A stretch of 39,925 nt of DNA, counting the filler, from Vezdaea acicularis (taxonomy: Eukaryota), in the NCBI GenBank assembly GCA_026025075.1. It is 10 parts of 10 records of this genome, joined end to end, with 100 filler letters (N's around TTAATTAATTAA, not from the genome) between each part and the next. Parts side by side here need not be neighbours in the genome. Positions count along the whole stretch, not along the records: positions 32,408 to 34,978 come from JAPEUI010000313.1; positions 35,079 to 37,542 come from JAPEUI010000314.1; positions 37,643 to 39,925 come from JAPEUI010000315.1; 7 more parts are not named here. One strand, given 5' to 3'. The position numbers and the translations under genes were made by a program. Below, piece by piece: positions 33,675 through 39,925 of this stretch (the stretch's first letter is position 1; every line of letters starts with the position of its first letter). Below the pieces are notes generated by a model, which saw nothing but the letters and a program-made list of their open reading frames with translations, was not told the origin of the DNA and did not search any database.

Positions 33675-34978
33675 ATGCTCTCCAAGCGTTGGCACCTTGA
33701 TGCTACCCTAGTGGTAGCATTACTCTTCGTCTCTACTCAAGCTGCTCCTTCACCTCAAGCAGCCATTGTTATTGGCGATTCCCAATCCGATGTATCCGAG
33801 ATATGTGCTTTGACCTACGATGACCCGGGAAGAACATGGGAAAACAGCGGCGCCTCATTTTTTCTGGACCAGTTTTTGAAGAACAATACGGCTAACAACT
33901 GGGCCAACAAGATCGACCAACTGACGACCGATTCAGGTTCTCAAGGGACCTCCAACTTGGACTGTGTAGACCTTCAGGGTGGCAACTGCCCATTCCCTTC
34001 CATCCAGTGCCGTTTCTTCACGCCTCCAGCGCTGTTTCACATCCGTAATGCCATTTCAAGCTGCTACGGCATGTTTACCGCGATTCACGAGGCCCTGCAG
34101 GACAACGCAATCTTGACCAATCTAAATATAAATCAAATCATCTCTGATTTTGGGTCCGGGAGTGCCAATGATAATACTAGCCTCTTCGGTGCCTTGAGCG
34201 CGGCCTTCGGGATCGGCGCCGGCTTTGCTGCCGCCGTTCCTGAAATTGGTGGCCCCTTGGCCGTCGTCTCGGGCATCTTCGGGCTCGCCGGGAACACACA
34301 AACGTCTCCCCCTGATCCAACCTTGGCGCTTGACAAACAACTAGCAGATGTATTCAGTGCGTCGGAGAAGCAATTGGTCTCGACTCTCGCAACTGTATTT
34401 GGCGGTAGCGGGGACACCTCCACGCTACCAGGAGTAACCTCCGGAAACGGCCCGAATGGTGAAACCCAAGACATCGCGAAGTTCTTTGCCAATGGTAAAT
34501 TTTTGATCAACGTGAGCAGCCAGGGCGCTGTTACTAAGATCTTAGATCCGGTGATCGCCAACGGATCTCAGCTCATGAAGCAATCACTCGTGGGCACCGT
34601 ACTGAAATCGCAGAATTACTATATCTTCGTAAATACTGATCGTACGGAGAACGACTGCAATGGCATCACCGGCTCTCGATTCATCAATAACCAATGCTTC
34701 ACCATCGAGCAGCACAAAGCCGTCAATATCAACACCTTCCCCATCTCCTCAACCACCCAAGTCATCGACAAATCCAAGATCCTCAAGTTCGACGATCCCA
34801 GCGCTGGCTATAACATCAACCCCGTCGCCTTTTACACCAACGCCGACGCCTGTCAGACCGCCTTCCCCAACTTCAATGGCACGGTGCAGAGCCAAGCCCT
34901 ACCGACCGATGGCAGCTTGCCGCAGTGTTTCTTCAATCTGCCCGTTATCAAGGCTCCCATCAGTCCTTGCTTGGCGAT
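33675..34978 (+). CDS. Secreted protein of unknown function, 3'-truncated
   Basis: ATG 33675 with a signal-peptide-like LVVALLFVSTQA-AP. More than 430 uninterrupted codons, Cys clusters near both ends, and a central hydrophobic Gly/Ala segment LFGALSAAFGIGAGFAAAVPEIGGPLAVVSGIFGLAG. Confidence 0.8.
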
Positions 34979-35078
34979 NNNNNNNNNNNNNNNNNNNNNN
35001 NNNNNNNNNNNNNNNNNNNNNNTTAATTAATTAANNNNNNNNNNNNNNNNNNNNNNNNNNNNNNNNNNNNNNNNNNNN

Positions 35079-35632
35079 GCACAATTGAATCGGTTTGAAG
35101 ATTCACAAAGTACTTCCGCCCATCTGATTTGACTCGCAGGGCAATATAAGTATAAGGGTCAATATCCCACAAGCTTCTTCCAAAAATGGTAGCCGGTCGA
35201 TCCTTACTTCGCCATGCAGCATATCCTGTACGTTGCACATCAGGCTTATTTTTTGGTAACTCAATAGAAATGTTCCCATGAAAGCGTGCGTGGGGGGGGT
35301 TTCTAGTATCAGGACCGTGATAATCAAGATGGACTGTTGAGTAGCCGCCTAGGTCGTGGTCTGACATTTTCTTACAATCATTGACGGAGCCGGGCTGATC
35401 GAACCGTAGGAGATAGTAAGGGTTACTTGCACCCTTAATACCTTCTTGATTGTAGACTATATCAATAGGTAAGAGTACTGCGTAGCAAAAGAGAAACAGG
35501 GATGGCTAATCCTCATACGAGGGCCTAGGGTTGGGGGAATGCTGTGCACACACCGATATTCGAGACCCTCTTGAATTCATCGAGACTCCGTCTAAGAAAC
35601 CCTTGCGCGAGTAAAGACCGAGTGAAGCGCAT
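35079..35632 (-). CDS. CIA30: Complex I intermediate-associated protein 30 (NDUFAF1), 3'-truncated
   Basis: MRFTRSLLAQGFLRRSLDEFKR, intron 35457-35553, then MSDHDLGGYS, HARFHGNISIELP, QRTGYAAWR and WDIDPYTYIALRVKSDGRKYFVNLQT. Confidence 0.93.
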
Positions 35633-36702
35633 GCTGTAGGTTTAAGAAGATATCATGACTTGCCTATCAATGGTGTTGGTGACCTAACCGAATGTGGTTG
35701 GAAACCGAATCGAAACAATGTCATCGACAGCGCTCATGTTGAACAATATATACATATATTCTCCGAACTTGAAAAATTAAGTCAAGAACCAACCGATGAG
35801 TTTAACACTTCCTTTAGCTTTAATATTCCAATTCTGACAAAGCTTTTAAGTGTGAGGACGCAGCGCACGAGCGGGGAGCAGCTAGGATTAATCCAAAGCG
35901 GTGCACCAAATTGATGGTGCATTAAACGAGGGTTCCCCCGTAGCCAAATGCTTCAAACTCGAAAGCACAAAACGACCCTACCAGGCTGCGGATATAATCT
36001 GGAGTATAAGAGTCTAACAAGAGTGATGGCGTAGTACTATTGAGCTAATACTAAGAATAATCATCATTGATTGCCAATGATCTCGGAACTGCTGAAAATA
36101 ACGCATGCCGATGGATAGACATGCCACTATTCGCTTATACGCCATAAATCATGTCCCCAGCTTCGAACAGGGTCCGGGCCGGCAGCCCAACCTACAGCAA
36201 GATTGAGTAGTGGTTCTTATATGCCCGACCCAGCAGTAAATTGATCCTTGTCTGCTCCATAAGCCAGAGGCAGTTCCACCAGTTGCAGGGAGCCATATAT
36301 AAATGCTCATACGAGCGCACTATTACCGTAAACGTCTAGTTGATCGATTACGTCCTTCAATGAGTTTGATAGGTCGCACTGGATCAGGAAGTCTTCCAAG
36401 CCAGCTATGGACTGACCTAGGCCAGGCAGAGCATCATGAGTCAGGAAGAAGGCCGCAGTCTTCCGCTACAAAGTCTAAAAGTCATAAGTATCTAATCAAA
36501 AAAAGGCGCAGATGATTGGCATGTAGTCAAAGTTGAAGGTTGAGGGTTGATTGAGTGTATATGCCATCAATTTTATCCCTAGTTTCGCTAGACGTCAAGT
36601 CGACTAGACAAAGTCATAATTTTGGCACATTGAAACAAAGCTTCCAGACCACAGTGTGCTATATTTGACAGAGGTTCGCTAGTAGTTGATCGTCACTTAA
36701 AT

Positions 36703-37542
36703 TTAAATCGACTTTATTCCCCATCTCTTTTTGATCATAGCCAGCGTTGGCTTCCGCTTAAACTTATTGATCCTTCGTTCCATTTCCGCCCGATTACGCT
36801 CAGCCAACAGAGGTAGTAGCAATTCGCGCTGTGACAACCTCTCCAGATATAAGTACCTTATCATATTGCTCAAATGGTAAGACGGACGATTTCCTACTTT
36901 CCCTTGGAAATTCTCTGCATGGGTAGTGCGGTACCTAAGCTGATCTAGAACAGCGTCGCAGATCCTGGGAATCGAGGGCACAAAGATGGGGACACCCCTG
37001 GCGCTACTCAAAACCTCAGGCACGATCCTGGTGCCTTTCTCTGTTCGAGCAGTAAAGGTGATACAAGCCGTCTCTGGGATGGTCGAGAAGCGTTCTTCCA
37101 CGAGGTTTACGTTCCACGCGTTGATGTCCATAACGGCAACTGGCTCGGAACCCTCGACTCTGAGCATGTAGACTGCCTCAGTCCACAAATTGACGCACGA
37201 AAACGTGTCTGTTTTATGATTTATGTCACGTAGGCAAGGAACTTGCTTTGTATGAGAACCGTTGAGGCGATAGGCGATGTTTTGGTCGATGAGCTCAAAG
37301 CAGCTTGTTGCTAGAAGAGCAGTCATTATAGAGTGGGCCTGGGAGTCTCTTACTAGCAGATCGAGGTTCTAATAGGAGGTTAGTTTCAACCTGTCCATCT
37401 TCTACACAGGAAGCGGATTTCTTGCTTACCTGTTCTGGGCAAGTACGAAGGCCCATCCATCGCATGGCGCCCTCCTCCACTAGGATGACAGGGTGGTCGT
37501 GCGCTTCAAAAACAGCATAAACAACGTCAAGATAGCCAGTTT
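36703..37542 (-). CDS. Uncharacterised fungal protein, possibly with a nucleotidyltransferase (Pol-beta-like) fold; 5' end off the contig
   Basis: Exon TGYLDVVYAVFEAHDHPVILVEEGAMRWMGLRTCPEQ, phase-0 intron 37369-37429 (GTAAGC...ACTAAC...TAG), then NLDLLVRDSQAHSIMTALL... in frame with ORF 36703-37326. Confidence 0.6.
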
Positions 37543-38379
37543 NNNNNNNNNNNNNNNNNNNNNNNNNNNNNNNNNNNNNNNNNNNNTTAATTAATTAANN
37601 NNNNNNNNNNNNNNNNNNNNNNNNNNNNNNNNNNNNNNNNNNCATCGAGAGATCTGTGCAGATATGGCTCATCCCGTAGAAACCCGCCATCACCGCCGAA
37701 AGAAAGAATGCGCATCGAACCTTCTGCTCCTCCGCGCTAACAACTCGGGCTTTATTCAGCCCTTTGCGTTTTCTGGGGAAGGTATAAGCGATGCCTCACA
37801 TCGTGCGTGACGGGGTGTGGTCAGACAAAAGACTGGGCGGTCAGCGGCTACTACACCGCGGGTTCAGCCCTGGGCCAAGTCTTTTTTTTTATAAATGGAC
37901 TTGAGAGCCTCAGAAGACTCTTTTCGACGGATTTCTTCGATGGCGTGTGATGCATTGATCTCCTCCTGCCAAGGGCTCGAAAGCTGACTGCAGGAAAGGC
38001 CCGAAGTATCCAACCCTACACCTCAAGGTGCTTGCAAAGGTAGGACGTCCTCAAGGGCTGTTACTGGCTGAGAGACGGCCTTATTTACGATTTTGTGGAG
38101 ATGCGTCATACAATAAAGCTTGTTTTGTCTATCGTTGGCCCTTCATATCGTCTCCCTCCACGAATACAATACGATGGCCTGCTCGATCCATGAAGGACCG
38201 TCCATCCTGTGAGGATTACCCGATACAACGAGACTCCGTCCGGACTATCCCCCAGCTGCGCGCAGAGCCCAGAGAATACCTCGCCGGTGACGTGTCTCGA
38301 GAGCGGCCATCTTTCCTCGAGGACGACTTGGCTCTCGAGCAGAGCGGCGGCTATCATACTTGCTTGTTTCGGTTCTACC

Positions 38380-38382
<3 letters not shown>

Positions 38383-38435
<53 letters not shown>
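38383..38435. repeat. Poly-C homopolymer (53 nt)
   Basis: Uninterrupted C run; the length may be a sequencing or assembly artefact. Confidence 0.9.
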
Positions 38436-39925
38436 ACACATACGTACGCACGAGGGTTGAACTCGAGGCTACCCTCCTAGGCGGGTGAGAGATCGGCTTT
38501 CAGTTCCTAATGACTTTCAACCGATTGAACAACGATTCACCCTGTACGTCCAAAGCGGCGGCAGCTGCCATTCCGACCTCTCTCCCATTTCGCCGCACTG
38601 TCTTCCAGGTTCCTGTAAAGAAGGGAATTACTTCCTGCCGAACGGACGAATGAAGCATTGGAAAAGGGGGAGAGAGAGCATCCATGTATCTATCGCGAAG
38701 CAATTCCTGCGACCAGAGAAACCATTGGATTTTGCATCCGCTTAAGCTCTTCAGCTGCGAAACGGACTTCTTGCCGAACAGTACCGTAGCATGTCGTCCA
38801 TGCAATTGGGATGGCACCCGCAAACGTCCATTTTCTTACTCTTCACTCTACTGATTATTCTCTCCCTTCGTGGATTACTTCGTCCGTGATGACGAAGCGT
38901 GCTCCACCAATCCAACAACGGTTTCCTCTAGACTTGTGGTGGTGACTAGTACTCATCACTTGTCCAATATCTTTTTCTCCGATAGGATGTTCATCTATTC
39001 GTTTAGATGACGTCCCCCAGTCTTTTGTTTTTGTTGGCGAGTCCAGGAAATTCTTTAAGATTACATCAAAAAAGAGAAAAGGCCACATCAATCACAAGAC
39101 CGTTACGAGAACAACCACCGCGTGTATTGAACGAAGATGAGGCGGGGTTTGGGCTAATATAAAGGGTAAATGCACCGATATAACCCCCCACTCACTCCTA
39201 CAACGAATAGCCCCCCTCCTCACTCAAAAACCAACCATCTACCCTCCCTTCAGCCCACCCCGTCGACCGGCTTCCGTCTGCAAAACAGGGAAGATTATCC
39301 ATTACCTCCCTGTGATGCAGTCCCTCAACGCATCGCAGAATCTCCAATAAGTCGTGATACCCCAAGTGCCAACATCCTGCCAAACACACCTAAATCTCAC
39401 CTCAAGCCAAGCCAGCCCAGCTCAACATCAAGACTCTGCTACAGGAACGAGAGTGGCAGCGAGCGGCACAGGGGAAGGAGTGGGGCGGGCAGGCTGAACT
39501 CTCATCTAGAAAGACTAAATAAGATGGCCCACTCCCTTCCTCAACGCGCCAGTTGGAGATAGAGGTATGCATGAGGCCTGAGTGGGGAGATAAGGAGTGG
39601 TGGATGTGGAGTGAAGAGTACTGCCGGTGGATGTGGAGGGGATGGGGAGGGAATGCACGGGTTCATGTTATGGGTTGACGAGGTGGATGGACGAGGTGGG
39701 AGGGGATATTGGCTAAGGAGTGGTGGGAACGAGGGTGGATGGCTGTGATAGGGGAGAAAGGGGGATATGCTATGGCGTGGGAGGGGGGAGTCTTGTGGAA
39801 GAGAGAGGCAACAGATTGATGGCGGATAGCAAATAGCTCACCACCACACGGTGTGTAACCGCAAGATAATGAAGCCCCTTGGACAATCAATGAATTGCTT
39901 GCCTGTTACAGCAAAAGCAGAGTTC

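Noticed and set aside
4977..37642. Regularly recurring TTAATTAATTAA flanked by Ns, and apparent gene clusters across them
   Set aside because: These are artificial concatenation linkers between length-sorted contigs. ORFs ending in X...LIN and any cross-linker neighbourhoods are artefacts.
38028..38480. Poly-Pro and poly-Gly ORFs
   Set aside because: All derive from the 53-nt poly-C run, which may itself be a two-colour-chemistry or assembly artefact. There is no other coding signal.
37643..39925. Genes or RNA genes in the last contig
   Set aside because: Only short ORFs without recognisable motifs or consistent splice structure; no tRNA or rRNA pattern was seen.

Overview
This window is not one locus. 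It is ten short contigs of decreasing length (1-4976, 5077-9969, 10070-14592, 14693-19147, 19248-23581, 23682-28004, 28105-32307, 32408-34978, 35079-37542, 37643-39925). They are joined by an artificial 100-nt spacer (N44-TTAATTAATTAA-N44), so adjacency across spacers is meaningless. The DNA comes from a filamentous ascomycete, judged by its short GT-AG introns with CTRAY-type branch sites; a lichen-forming fungus is possible but is only an inference. Recognisable housekeeping genes are BOL3/AIM1, malate synthase (3' part, ending in the PTS1 signal SKL), a probable CANIN-domain Nse6/SLF2-like gene, VPS45, MTO1, RSC9, RPN13, dipeptidyl peptidase III and CIA30. The accessory-looking material includes a Ulp1-like peptidase fragment, a stop-interrupted kinase-like gene, a frameshifted BTB relic, a DUF3716-like ORF, a nucleotidyltransferase-like ORF, two uncharacterised secreted Cys-containing proteins and several tandem-repeat arrays. 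I found no complete new multi-gene system that the sequence alone can support. The best leads are the two secreted proteins, the ~146-bp array with GCGC hairpin motifs, and the decayed cargo-like contigs 1-2. All family assignments come from motif recognition by eye, not from database searches.
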